NCBI RefSeq assembly: GCF_001194135.2
Contig: NC_068987.1
Location: forward strand, 96,250,171-96,314,170
Source of the DNA: Octopus bimaculoides
Taxonomy: Eukaryota
DNA: 64,000 bases
Direction: 5' to 3'
Shown: piece after piece, positions 34,728 through 48,899 of the stretch
How positions within the stretch are numbered: the first letter of the stretch is position 1
Layout: each line of letters begins with the position of its first letter
Notes under the pieces: generated by a model
The model's database searches: none
Told to the model about the DNA's origin: nothing
Seen by the model: the letters and a program-made list of their open reading frames with translations, nothing else
Made by a program: the position numbers and the translations under genes

Positions 34728-34927
34728 ATCTATTACTCGAAAGTTCGCGCGTCCGCGCTAGCTAGTCGTGAGTGGTCGATCCTATTATTTTTAAACTTCA
34801 AACTTCATTTGTTTTCTATTTTGATAAATTCTCTCTGTTGAAAATTATATTTTTATATTTTAAATAATTTGCAATTTCAGGAAATATGTTTTTATATTGC
34901 AGATGCGCGAACTTTCGAGTAATAGAT

Positions 34928-34958
<31 letters not shown>

Positions 34959-35103
34959 TAGCTCACTCTGGCCAGTCATGGTATTAGCTGTCAGTAGCCA
35001 AAGAATCGACAGGCCAGCAACAGGCAGACAGGCAGACAGACAGATACTTCACTAGCAGGCAGTGAGCACTTTCACTTCTGACAGCTAATAGCATGATAGT
35101 GCC
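34555..35103. mobile_element. MITE with about 200-bp TIRs (GGCAC...GTGCC) and 8-bp TSD GATTTTTT
   Basis: Arms 34555-34753 and 34902-35103 are near-perfect reverse complements; TSD at 34547-34554 and 35104-35111. Confidence 0.9.
34666..34675. other. Assembly gap (10 N) inside the MITE left TIR
   Basis: N run. Confidence 0.99.
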
Positions 35104-35516
35104 GATTTTTTTTAACCTTAGTGGGTTGTCATCAGCAGTGTCTACATCATTTGACCAATCCTCAAGGAATAAGTAGCCAATCTATTTATATACCCCACAG
35201 ATCCCATAACTACAGAGAACTGAAGTTACTAATTTGCATACCATAAGTATTTAACTCTTTACTTAATGTCAGAGGCATATATGTTTAACATACATACTGA
35301 AAAGCTTAAGCATTTTTACATGAGAAAATTTATGTTACAAAACAAAAAGATGACAATGTTTTGAGAACTTTGTCATAGTTAAAAAAGAATGCATTTACAT
35401 TTTTAGCAAAATATGGTACCGGTTTCAATTACTTAAAAGGGTGATTTAGTCATGCTGAAATAAAAAGTAAAATAAATCTATTTCCCTTCTATTTTCTGTT
35501 TCTTTAACTTTTATTA

Positions 35517-35780
35517 TGTTGTGTCTGAGGAGAGTCATTTTCTTTTTGTGCCTTATAATTTAACACACTCACTGGTAAAATTTCCACTTATTCCTTATTT
35601 TTATTTTCCTAAAATTTTTGTTGCGTCTTGCAACCTTTTCAATAGTCTTGACTCTTGAAAAGGCTGCAAGATGCAACGAAAATTTTAGGAAAATAGAAAC
35701 AAGGAATAAGTGGAAATTTTACCAGTGAGTGTGTTAAATTATAAGGCACAAAAAGAAAATGACTCTCCCCAGACACAACA
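35517..35780. repeat. 264-bp near-perfect palindrome
   Basis: Arms of about 124 bp with about 6 transition mismatches, centre near 35648. Confidence 0.95.
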
Positions 35781-36231
35781 GAATATGCTTCAACACACAA
35801 ACTCACACGAATCTTGCAAACCAAATCCAAAAACGAAATATAACTTTTATTAAATTTTCTTTTTTAACAATTGAAACGTATCACATTTTGATAAAAATGT
35901 AAATAATTTCTTTTATCTTTGAAAAAGTTTTCACACCATTTTCTTTATTTTTTTTTGTTTCATTTGCACACCTCACACACGCATGCACACTCACACACAC
36001 ACATAAAATAGTAAAATGATAATGAGCTTATTGTATACAGTGCTCGGGCATTGAATATAGTATGTGTGTGTGTATGTATGCATGTTGGGTTTAAACCAAC
36101 AAAATCAACAAAGAACATACATTTAGCAAATGTTAATGTAAGTATATGATATTGTGAGTATATGTGTGCATGTGTATATATGTCTCTGCATATATGTATG
36201 TGTAATAGTTTATAAAAATGTGTTAAAATTA

Positions 36232-36437
36232 TCAAATTTCAGTTATTTTATTTTCATCAGCTGTTAATTCCATATTTTGTCTTGCCAACTTCTGTTTTAG
36301 CTTCTCCTCGCTGTTAAATTTCATGATCTTGCTTATGAACAGGAAGATGAAAAATGCTACTGTCATTAAACCACAAAGTAAGAAGAAGAGATATTCAAGA
36401 TGGCCTGAATTAATGTCATCATTGCTCAGCCAGGGAT
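36232..36437 (-). CDS. SLC15A4: SLC15A4-like terminal exon (stop)
   Basis: TTATAG|(D)[67 protein letters not shown]. Confidence 0.93.
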
Positions 36438-39400
36438 CTATAAACGTAAAGAAAATAGTAAGATAAATAAACGATCTGAATGTAGATTATAGGGAGATTA
36501 AATCACTATTTAATAGAAGTTAACTCTGATTCATGTATATCATTGATCATGACAGAAGTTGTCATGGTGATACCTGCTCAGAAGCCTACACAAAGTTGTA
36601 GAAAGTGTATGGAGAAGAGTGTATAAGCTGCACACGAGTGTACAAGTGATTCAGACGTTTCCAAGGTGGCTGAAAAATTCCGAGACCTGGATTGAATTAT
36701 TGCAACAGAGTGAACTTTGTAAAGGAACCCAAGTACCAACCAGGAGGTGGTGTTAAAGTGAGTGATGAGTTAAGTCTACAGACTAAAACTCAGAATGCAA
36801 AGAGCCATTACAACTTAGTTAGAAGTCATTCTGGCTTATACTTCTGTTACGAACTATGAACCATTTCAACTCGTGGTTACTGACCCTTTTTCATCTATTG
36901 CAACAACCAAATCTCTACTCTGATTAGAACTTTTCAGTCAGCAAGTTTTTTTAAAAAATGCATGCTTAGCTGAAATACAGAAAGCTGTAAATAATTTATA
37001 ATAATAATACGAAGTCTGATCAATAAGTCTCAGGACTGTTGCCATAGTAATGAAGCTAAGGCATGCAGAATAAAGCTGCTTGGCAAAGATTGACCTTGAA
37101 CTCTTCTGTGCATGCGCCCTAAGTTTTAATGTTCTAGCTCTCTTCCGCTGTTTACAGCAGTGCTTATAAGGAAAGTGTGTAGTGTGTGATCATCACATTG
37201 ACTATGACAGAGGAAGTTGTCATGGCGATACCTGCTCAAAGGCCTACGCAAAGTTGTAGAAAGTGTATGGAGAGGAGTGTATGAGCCACACACAAGTGTA
37301 CGAGTGGTTCAGACGTTTCCAAGATGGCCAAAAAACGATGATATTGACGAATGTTCTGGGAGACCCACAACTAGCAGAAATGAGAAAAACATCGCAGATG
37401 TGGGTGCAGCTGTGAGAGGAAATCTTTGAATCATCATCTGTGAGTTATCAGAGGATGAGCAGATTAGTTATGGTTCAGTTCAGTCCATTATCACTGAAGA
37501 TTTGGGTACGAGACACATGTTTGCCAAGTTTATGCAGCTGATCAAAAAGACACTTGGGTTTTAGTTGCAGCAAAATTTGATGCAGATTCTCTGCACAACT
37601 TTCTCTATCATCATCAATATGATGATTGCATGCTACACACCTTCCTTCCAAGGACTGCTGTAAACAGCAGAAGTGAACCAGAACATTATAACTTAGTGCA
37701 CATGCACAGCAGAGATCAAGGTCAATCTGTGCTGAGAAGCTTTACTCTGCATGCTTTAGCTTTGTTACTAAAGCAATAGTCCGGATACTAATTGATCAGA
37801 CCACGTATATTATGAACTTAATGTATACAGTGCTCAGGTGCACTACAACTCATCAGAAAAAATAACCAAAACTGCATGAACAGTACATAGAATATGAACA
37901 ATAAGTGAACAGTGAATAAGTCTTTAAAAAAAAAAAAGTGAAGAAATGGGGGTGGGGGGCATCAAGTGTACTGTTGGAAAATTTCAGGAAGCATGGAAAT
38001 TTTGAAGGATGTAATATCTCAACAACCAACAACTAATGTCTATTTTCTCTCCTTTTCCATGCTACTCTAAGAGAAATTGTTATTCACATACACTCTGTAT
38101 AACACATCTTCAATGCATTAATTGTTTATTGGAAATTAATACATAAACATTTGTACAATGTGTTTACTTCATCACAAACATTTTATTTATCTTCCTCTTT
38201 CATATTAATGCTGCTGTTTTATATTCCTTTGAAGTGCTGAGAGCATATGATCTGTTGCTTGTATATTGATTTGATCTGCTGTTTTATATTACTTTCTATA
38301 ATAAAATGGGGAAAGAAATATGAGCAGATTCTGCTCTCATATGATTACAACAGCTAGATAGCGATCTTGTTAGAAGAATGATAGAGGGGTGGCTGTTTAG
38401 AAGATGAGATGTCAGAGATGTTAGATGAGGAGAGACTGGGTGCAGAGTGAGTATGAACACAAATATAATATTTATGGACCTCAATTGCATTGAGATAGAT
38501 GGGTTTTTTTTATTGTAGCAAACCACCACTCATTTCAATCTTTTGTCGCCTCCTCCATGAAACTCAACATCTTGTGTGTTGATACAAAACGACAATGGCC
38601 AGAGTAAGGGGATAAATGAACACCAGCAGATAAGGAAGAAATAGCAAGGAAATACTATACAATCATACAAACACACACATACACATGCACACACACATGT
38701 ACACACACATGTAAGGCGGTGAGCTGGCAGAAACGTTAGCATGCCAGGCGAAATGCTTAGCGGTATTTCGTCTGCCGTTACGTTCTGAGTTCAAATTCCG
38801 CCGAGGTCGACTTTGCCTTTCATCCTTTCGGGGTCGATTAAATAAGTACCAGTTACACACTGGGGTCGATGTAATCGACTTAATCCGTTTGTCCTCTCTG
38901 TGTGTAGCTCCTTGTGGGTAGTAAAGAAATAAAATAACACACATGCTCACAGACACACACACACACATGCATGCATGCACATATATTTTTACAAGTCTTA
39001 CCGTTCTTTGTCAGTGCATCAACAATGGCAATGACAGCTGTCGACAGAAAATTTCCCAAACCAGTTGTGAGCAGGAAAATTCCCATGACCAAACCTTTCA
39101 AAGTTTCAGGTGCTTGGGAATATGCAAATTCCAAACCTAAGGAAAAAGAAATATACAGAATATTGTCATAACATTCTGAGCAGTAACTGTTGATGAAAGG
39201 ACTGAAGAAATTGGGAGAGGACACAAAACAGACAGTGTATTAGTGGTTATAAATTGTGAAGGGAGTAACCTTGTTGAATCTGTTGTCATCATAGGAGGTG
39301 ACATTATTGTTGTTGTTGTTTGGTTAGTCTACATCACTCCCTAATGGGCATAGAGCTGGTTTCCCGGTTTCTCTGGCATATATGAGGTGTTATCAAAAAG

Positions 39401-41526
39401 TTCCTGGAGTAGTTCTGTAGCATGCCAACAGACGGCAGCACACGGTCATGTGTGCAATGAGAGCTAGCAGTTACCTTCATGAGGTTGTGTGCTGAATGAC
39501 ATCACTGTGTTTACTTCGTAAGTTGTGAAATTTGTATTTTGTGATGACATATATGCTGTAGTCTGCAATTTTTGTCATGGACAGGAAGTTGGAACAAAGT
39601 GCCAACATAAAATTTTGTGTTAAACTTGGGAAGTCTGTTACAGAGACATTGAGCATGCTTTGGCAAGCTTACAGTGATAAGGCAATGGAAGACACTTTCA
39701 TCTCCATGACTGATGAAGACATGACAGAGCCACAGCTCAATCAAGAGCGTGCTCATTGTTTTTTCGAACTCCGCAGTATTGTGCATCAAGAATTCATTCC
39801 CCAAAGCCAGACCATCAGTTCTACTGTGATGTTTTGAAATGCCCAAGGGAGGACATTTGGCAAAAGTGACCAGATCTGTGGAGCACGAAGAGTTGGATTT
39901 TTCACAGCAGCTATGCACCCTATTAAGCTCTTCTCACTTGTAAGTTCCTCACTAAAAACAAAATGGTATTGCTTCCACACCCACCCAATTTGCCAGATTT
40001 AGCACCAGCAGACTTTCATCTCTTCCCCAAGAGGAAAATGCAGCTGAAAGGTCACTGTTTTAACACTGTTGTCAAGATCCAGAGTGAATTGCAGAAGGCC
40101 CTCAACTTGCTTACGAAAAACGACTTCCAGGCCAGATTCCCAAAGTGGCAGGAATGCTGGGATTAGTGTATTGCTGCATTAGGTGATTATTCAAAGGAGA
40201 TGGTGTTGAACCTTAGGTAAATAAGTTATTATTTTTTTTATTAAACATAACCAGTCTGGAAACTTTTTGATACCACTTTGTATATTCCTCCTTGGATGAG
40301 ATGCCAATCCATTGCATGTTGTTGTTGTTTATTCCAAGATAACTCTGACTCAGCATACATATGGTCAAAAGAAATCTTGTCTGAAGTATCTCATCTCTTT
40401 GCATATCTTAGTATCAAGGTATTGAATTGTCAGCTCCATTAAAGCATCACAGTATTCATTCCAGCTCTCTGTGCTCTGAGTGAAAATCCCACTGATGTCA
40501 ACTTCGTTTGTCCTTATTTTAGGACAGATAAATTAAGTACCTCTCTAATACAAGTCACTTCTTCCCTCCCTTTCTCACTCTCTCTCCCTCTTTCTTTCTC
40601 TCTCTCTCTCAGTTATTGGCTGTGATCAGACATGATGAGGGTGGTACTAGATATTACCTTATCTTATCTGATTTTTAAAAGTCCAAGACACACTATAAGT
40701 TACAACAACACCCCTACAACTTTATCAAGATTGATGACCTAAGGTAAGGCAAGGTAATATTTTGTACAACATTACCAAACTTAATAGGATTTGGTTGCTA
40801 TATCTGGAAGACTGAGTGACCACATGGAGGCTTTCTACTAGAGCTACAATGAAGAGATAGAATTCATCATAATAGCAATGTAGAGGTGGTTGGTTCAAAA
40901 TATGTTTCTTTTTTCTAGGAGAAGCCAGATCTAGCAATATATCCACTTCAAAGTTTATCAATTGTGAAGTGTGGCTTAAGTAAAATGTAGAAGTGAGAGA
41001 AGCAAGTGAAACAAATAAACGTTAATGTTTTGGTGAAGGTTGCATGTTCTCAGCAAGTGTTCAGAAGAACAACGACTGTTGTATTATTAGTTACAGAAAT
41101 AGTGAGTGGACACAGATAAAAGGTATGGTGATGGACATTTTAAATTGTTTGATAGTGATGAAGAATAATTAATCCATTGAATATGATCTAGAACACATGT
41201 GTATGTGCAATAAGGAGAAATAAAAAGCAATAAATAAATAGATATAAAAAAAGACATTAAACAAGTAACAAATTTATATATTTTTTTTACCTGTGACACT
41301 GGTAAATACTTCACTAGAACCAATGAGTGCAAACTGTGGAATCTGGGCAAATATAGAAACACGAGAAGCATTGTAAGGTTTATTGGCCAAGATCTGTACT
41401 ACACCTCCATGTTGCCTCAATTCTTTTACTCGGTATATTTCCACAATTCCAGCTACAGCCACTGATAGTGCAGATAGTACTAATCCAAACCCTAGAGAAG
41501 AGAGATGAAGAAATAATAATGAATAT

Positions 41527-41557
<31 letters not shown>

Positions 41558-41892
41558 ATTGAAGGCACATAGCTAAGTGGTTAAGGTACTTGGCTCACAA
41601 TTGTGAGGTCCTGAGTTTGATACCTGGGAGCGCATTGTCTCCTTGAGCAAGAAACTTTATTTCACATTACTCCAGTCCGCTCAGCTGGCAAAAATGAGTA
41701 GTATCCGTATTTCAAAGGACCAGCCTTGTCACATTCTGTGTCACACTGAATCTCCCTCAGAGCTACATTAAGGGTACATGTGTCTGTGGAGTGCTCAGCC
41801 ACTTGCATGTAAATTTCCCAAGTAGGCTGTTCCATTGATTGTATCAACTGGAACACCTGTCATAACCAACAGACTGTCAGGTAGTTAGTTAG

Positions 41893-41929
<37 letters not shown>

Positions 41930-42072
41930 TTAACAATGTGGCTCTTTGCACCCTTGGCAGTGGGTGTTTATTGTGCAAACTGGATGCAGATCCACAATAT
42001 CATTCAAGGGAACACTTTATTATATTATGTTGGCATAGATCATATATATTACACACACACACACACACACGT

Positions 42073-42118
<46 letters not shown>

Positions 42119-42411
42119 AATCAAAGTGAGAAATGGAAATGGTTAACTGTGTGTAATCAAGTACATGAAGATGCATCTTTGGGCTTGTATATATCAAAGT
42201 AAGGTGAAGCAAATGTTAATTCCCCACACTGTAATGAGGATGAGCACTGATATGATGAGAGCCAACATTTATATTCATGTTACTGTTGGCCAGTATGCCA
42301 AGGCATATCTATGCTCATGAAGGCAGGAGCAAAAATTTCGCTTCTAAAATTTATGTAGGCTTCTGGGGTAAGAGAGTTCTTCAATAGGAAATTTTTTGAT
42401 ATACACACATG

Positions 42412-42475
<64 letters not shown>

Positions 42476-45400
42476 CTTCCTCAATAAATTCTGTTCCATG
42501 CAAGTATGGAAAAATGAACTTTGATGATGCGAATGATGATGATAACGATGACGATGATATACACTTGATCACTTGATCAGGGCTGACTTGAAGCATATCA
42601 AGAGCAACAGCAACAGAAACAGTTATTTACCAATACGTTGCAGCGGTGTTGGATTTTTGCCAATCTTCTGGAGATATTTGTAGACAAAGTCTAGGATAGG
42701 AATCAGAATTAGAATGATGACCACATTGAAGACATTTAATACTGCAACTGGCATCGGAGCACCATTGATGGAAATGTCCATAACAGTTCCTTGTAGGAAA
42801 TATGTGGAAGACATCTGAAATTGAAAATAATAGAAAGGATAATATAGTCAGTACTTGTAGAACCTTTTATGACTCCTGTGCATCTTTCTCATATGAACAA
42901 TACACTCTGTAATAATCTTCCTATTATCTTCCTGCCTACACCTTTCCTACAAATCAAGTAGGGCCACTTACCTGAAGTGGGTATGGTCTTGTTTGTTTTG
43001 TTGCTTATTAAAATCTTAGTCATTGCTAAATTAACCTTAAGGCCTTTAGATTCCAGGTTTTGCTTCCACGCCTGGAATTTCTTTTCTAGCTCTGATATAG
43101 AATCTGCTATGATGGCAAGATCATCAGCATATAGTAGTTTCTAGGGGCTGCCAGTCTTGAATTCCACTGTTATGGCCTGGGGAACAATGAGGAAAAGGAA
43201 GAAACTGAAGACTGAGTTTTGATGAACTCCTATGTACATCAAATTCTTCACTGTACTTGTGGTTAACTCTCACCTTACTGCCAGTGTCTCTGCACATGGT
43301 CTGTACAGCTTTCACAAGCCACTTGTCTACTCCTAGCCTCCTCAGAGCCCCCCATTATGTCATACAGTAAGGTATTTTATCAAAGACTTTCTCTAGATCA
43401 ACAAATGCCAAGTTTAATTGTCCATTCTCTTGTAGTTGCTTGACTATGAAAATAATATCAGTAGTGCTTCTTCCTGGGTTGAAGCCAAACTGAATTTCAT
43501 CTGGTCTACTTCTGCTCCTAATTAATTGGGCTATAACTCTATCCATAATTTTCATCATCTGGTCCAGGAGTTTGATGCCTCTATAATTGCTTCTATCTTA
43601 GGCAACTCCCTTACCCTTGTAGTAGCTAACAATAATGCTACTACCTTAGTCACTGGGTATTACACCTTCTTGAATATCCTGATTAACTATGTGGGTGACT
43701 AGCCCATATTCTACCTTACCAGACATTTTGAGCATCTCAGGAGTGACTCCAGATGGACCAGGGGCTTTCCCAGTTTCATATCTTTAATTGCCTTATCTAC
43801 CATATCCACTAGGATAGCCGGTCTCTTTGTTAGGTTCACATGAGGGAGACTCCTTTTATCCCATTCATTCTCCACATTCAATATATATAATAATCATCAT
43901 CATATAAAATCCACTTTCCATGCTGGGATGGGTTGGATGGTTTGACAGAGGCTGACTAGCTGTTTTGGCATGATTTCTATAGCTGGATGCCCTTCCTAAT
44001 GCCTATATATATAATAATAATTCAGTTACAGATGAGAGGTAAAATGGTTTTACATGTAAGGTAGTCATATTGCAGAATCATGGGATGTGGGCTCATATCA
44101 GCTGCAGGAAGTTTGATGTGTTTGTGCACAACATACTTCGGTAATGATTATAAGTTACTTTCAAAGGATCATGAATGTTGCAGATATACAAGATATACAC
44201 ATCTAGAAATCTTATGGAGCAAGAGTTTTGAGGAGATGATTTCTCTAATGAAAACACAAACATATCTTTATCTGAAGGATGTCTGTCATGAAAAAAAAAT
44301 CTCTGAAATGTTTCTCCTGGTAATTATTTTATCAAAATTCCAGATAGAATAACCCTGTATAGGATTTGAATTCAGAGATGATTAATATAATGCAAAGACT
44401 AATGTGTTGGAGTATCTCAAGCAACATGGTTAGAATATCATATGATGACAGGGTAACACCATTAGTAGGAGAAATTATGAAGCTAAGGAAATAAAATAGA
44501 TTTAAATGAAATAAAACAAGGAAATACAGTAAAGAGTACTAGAGTACAAGGAGGTGTGAGGAGGTTTAATTGTCACAATAAATTTAGTCAGGATATAACT
44601 AGGATATAAAAGTTCTAAAGTTTCATGAATATAAGGTATTAGTAGATATAAAACCTTTTATATATCTTTAATCGTTTGTATTCATGAACCTTTAAAACTT
44701 TTATGTCCCTAAATCTATCATGAAAATTAAATCACCTCCTACCTCCTTGGTCTCTACTATTTTTTATTTTTTACTTTGTTTTATTTTGTTTCATTTTATT
44801 TAAATTTATTTTATTTCACCCTCCTCCTTTACATTCCTAATTTCTTCTACTAATGGCACTACTCTGTTATCTTACTCTACAAAGACTTAACTTCACTTAA
44901 ACACTTATTATTGTTGTAGCATGAATTGCACCATGGCTTAAGTGAAGTTAGCAGTCTTTGTGTGTTTTTGAGTGGCTAATACATGTCTTCCATATTGCAA
45001 TCATTTTAGTTGCAGCATGATGATGATGATGATGATGATGATATGGTCTCAGGTCAAATCACATACCTGACAAGTACACCTCTGAAATAATATAATACAG
45101 TGTTAATTTAACTGACTAGTTTCTTACTTTGTCACAAGGCTATATTCATGGAGGTATAGTTTGAAGAAATAACCTTAGTACATAACATAATTATTTTATT
45201 GACTCCTGAAGGGATGAGAGACAAACGTGGTCCAGGCACAGCATTTAAATTCAAATCAAGGGGCAAAACTAAAATACCACAAGATTTTTTAGTCTTTTTT
45301 AACCTAGTGTGCTACCTACCATTCCTGCCAATTTCCAACTCAATTCCCACAAGATAACAATGCAGAAAATATCAAAGAGAAATAAAATATAAGCATAGTG

Positions 45401-45698
45401 TTCTACTAACTTGGGAATAAATCGCCCAATAAAAGATGATAGCAATAAACACAGGTAAAACTTTCAAAGAACTCAAGACTCCTTCAACAGTTTCAGCATC
45501 AAATGATCCCCCATTGTCCATCTTGGCTCCATCAAGGCTACTGATTTTCTTGCCCATAGCTTTTGCTTGGTCCTTCACCAATTTATGTCTTTTGATTCCT
45601 TCCCGGATTATTTTAGCACTCTGTGAGAGGGCGCTACCTGCAAATGAAACATAAAAATTAAACAAATACAGAATTCCTAATGATATATATACATACAT

Positions 45699-45754
<56 letters not shown>

Positions 45755-45789
45755 ATATGTATACATACATATATATATATATGTATATG

Positions 45790-45820
<31 letters not shown>

Positions 45821-45880
45821 ATATTAATATATAGTATGTGTATATATACATTAATATATATATATATATATATTCATATA

Positions 45881-45926
<46 letters not shown>

Positions 45927-46567
45927 AGATTTGATCAATAAGTATCCAGACCGTTGCCATAGTAACAAAGCTAAAGTGCTCAGAGTGAAGTTCCTCGGCA
46001 AAGATTGACCTTGAACTCTGCTGTGCATGTGCACTAAGTTTTAACATTCTAGTTCACTCTCACTGTTCCCTCCCAGCAGTGCTTGGAAGGAAAGTATGTA
46101 GTTTGTGATTGTTGCATTGACCATGACAGAAGAAGTTGTCATGGCGATACCTGCTCAGAAGCCTACACAAAGTTGCAGAAAGTGTTTTGAATGGAGTGTA
46201 TAAGCCGCACAGAGGTGCACAAGTAATTCAGACGTTTCCAAGATGGCTGAAAAAATATCAATATTGATGAACATTCTGAAAGACCTGCAACCAGCAGAAA
46301 TGAGAAAAACATTGCAGATATACGTGCAACTATGAGGGAAAATTGTCACATCACCATCCGTGAGTTATCAGAGGATGTGTGGATTAGTTACGGTTCAGTT
46401 TAGTCCATTATCACTGAAGATTTAGGTATGAGATATGTGTCTGCCAAAACTGCTTTCTTGGAGACAGGTGGGAGTTAGTAACAGGAAGGGCATCTGGCTA
46501 TAGAAAATCTGTGGTGACCTATGCAAGCTTGGATTAATGGCTCTTTATAAAGTAACGATGATATATG

Positions 46568-46603
<36 letters not shown>

Positions 46604-48844
46604 ATACATGTGTGTGTGTACATGCACTTATGTGTTTAGACAAAACAGTATATGGCTTGCCTATGCTGTTCACTTATTGATCACATATTTCCTTTGAATT
46701 TTCAATCACCAAACATATCAGAAAAGAAAGACATTATTCTTTCAATATTTGTAAGGTGTTAGTAGTAGTAGTAGTAGTAGTAGTAGTAGCAGCTGTGGTA
46801 GTGATGGTGGTGGTGGTGGTGGTGGTGGTGGTGGTGGTGGTTGTGATGGTGTCAGCAATGGTGGCAGTGGTGGCAGCGGCATTGGTGGTGATCACCATTC
46901 TTATAATTGTCATCATCATTGAAATCATTAACGTTGTCATCATGGTTGTCGTTGTCATTGTTGTTGTAGTTGTAGTAGCAGCAGCAGCAACTTGTATCGA
47001 CAGTAGAGTTATAGAAGTTATAATCATGAACTGAAGGGGAAGGTGAAGAAATGGATTAGGAGCAGGGGTCAGAGGAAGAAACAAATAAGGGAAGAGAAGG
47101 CGGAAATGGAAGCAAAGTCTGCTTCCAGACTCATGATGCTGGAAATTATCTGAATTTTCAAGGTATTTAGTCTGAGAATACATTACATCTTGGATGGGAT
47201 GCTAATCTGTTATAGAGTTAACCTCCAAGTACCACTGGTACTCATTTTCAGTTGGGTGTAACTGGAGCAATGTGAAATGGAGTGCCTTGCTGAAAGACAC
47301 AATGTGCTACCCCTTTCAAGAATAGAACCTGGGATCTAATGACGATGAGTCCAACATTCTAACCATCATATGTTCTTATAGAAGAAGTAGAGGAGAATAG
47401 GTAGAATGTTAGCATAGTATTAGAGGGACAAGTAAGCAGGTAGTGTAGAGGAGGATTAATTATTATAATTAGCTTAGAATTAAAAGCATTAGCAATAGTA
47501 AGGATATCAGCCTAATTGCTCCCAGCAAGTAGTATTTGTAGAACTTACCTGTTGGGTAAGAGTGCTTATAAATGCTACGTCCAGAGGCCAGTGCAACCAT
47601 TGCAAACAACATACTGATAAATGGAATTAAATAACCAATTTCAAAAGAAATATTCTGCTGCACTAAGGCCACACATGAGTATGCAATAAGTGCACCAACA
47701 TTGATGAACCAGTAGAACCTGAAATATAAGAACAGAACTAACTAATATTAGGTTTCTTCATATACTGTATTTGCTAGCATTTAAGACACTTCTTGCATGA
47801 AGTGCTCTTCCATTTTACAAGTATAGTTTGCAGAAAAACAAATTCCATGTTTCATCATACACTAACTGAAAAATATTCTTGACTGATGTTTTAGAGATAA
47901 AATGTATGATTCTGTGCATATGAATGCTGTGGTAGTAAATTGGAATATAGTATGAAACCATAAATTTACCGTAAATGAAGTTATATGAGTACTGTATTTT
48001 CAACTTTATCATTATATAGTTGTATATATTTTGGTCAAAAGACTTGTCACACACAATATGAAACTTATATGTCTGGCTATGATGTTTTTGTAACTATGAT
48101 CGATCCTCCACCTAAGGTGGAGCCCCAGACTATGATTTTGTTGTCATCTGCTCATTGCAAGTAGCTTGCAAGCAGATGAGAGTTTAAATTTCTTTTCATT
48201 TTTTCAGGGAAATTTTTCATTAGGGCAATTAAAAAAAAATTTCCTAAAGGTAACACAGCCATTAAATGATGTAATACATTTAAGATGCAGGTTATGTATG
48301 CTTGAGAAATAGTGCACTGATACAATTTGACTCCCCCACTTAACTACTGATGTGCTGTAAGCAATTTTTCATGACTTTTTACAAATAGTCTGTGATATTT
48401 TGGTTTCTTTTCAATCTTATATGATATATAACAACTATTGTGCCTTATGGTTATATGCTCATCTGACTTCCTAGCATACAGTTCTAGGTCTCCCATCTTT
48501 GACATGGCTGGATTCAACGGAGGGAAAGTTTTTGATACATTTAGTAAGAACAAGATCATTATATATGCTGACAAATATGAAAATTTATTTTGCCTTGATT
48601 ATTCTCAAATAGCTTTGTTCATCAATATTTTCCCTTCAACATTTGTTTGTTGCACAGTTTATCTTTCACACAAGGGATTTGATAGTCAATTATACTGATC
48701 CCTGAATTTATTTCAGGTTGGTAGTAATTATATCAAATTGATAAGCTACTGGTATTAAAAATAAAGGCATACAATACATCAGTGTACTCTGTAAGCTCAT
48801 TGGTGGTGAATATAAATACAGCACAACTACACAAACACACAATT

Positions 48845-48899
<55 letters not shown>

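Noticed and set aside
45372-46034. 220-aa ORF as a single gene
   Set aside because: Only 45411-45637 is exon; the rest is (AT)/(AC) repeat and mariner sequence that happens to stay open.
46734-47183. 149-aa Thr/Met-rich ORF and its antisense Val-rich ORF
   Set aside because: These are translations of a trinucleotide microsatellite; the same applies to 52225-52473.
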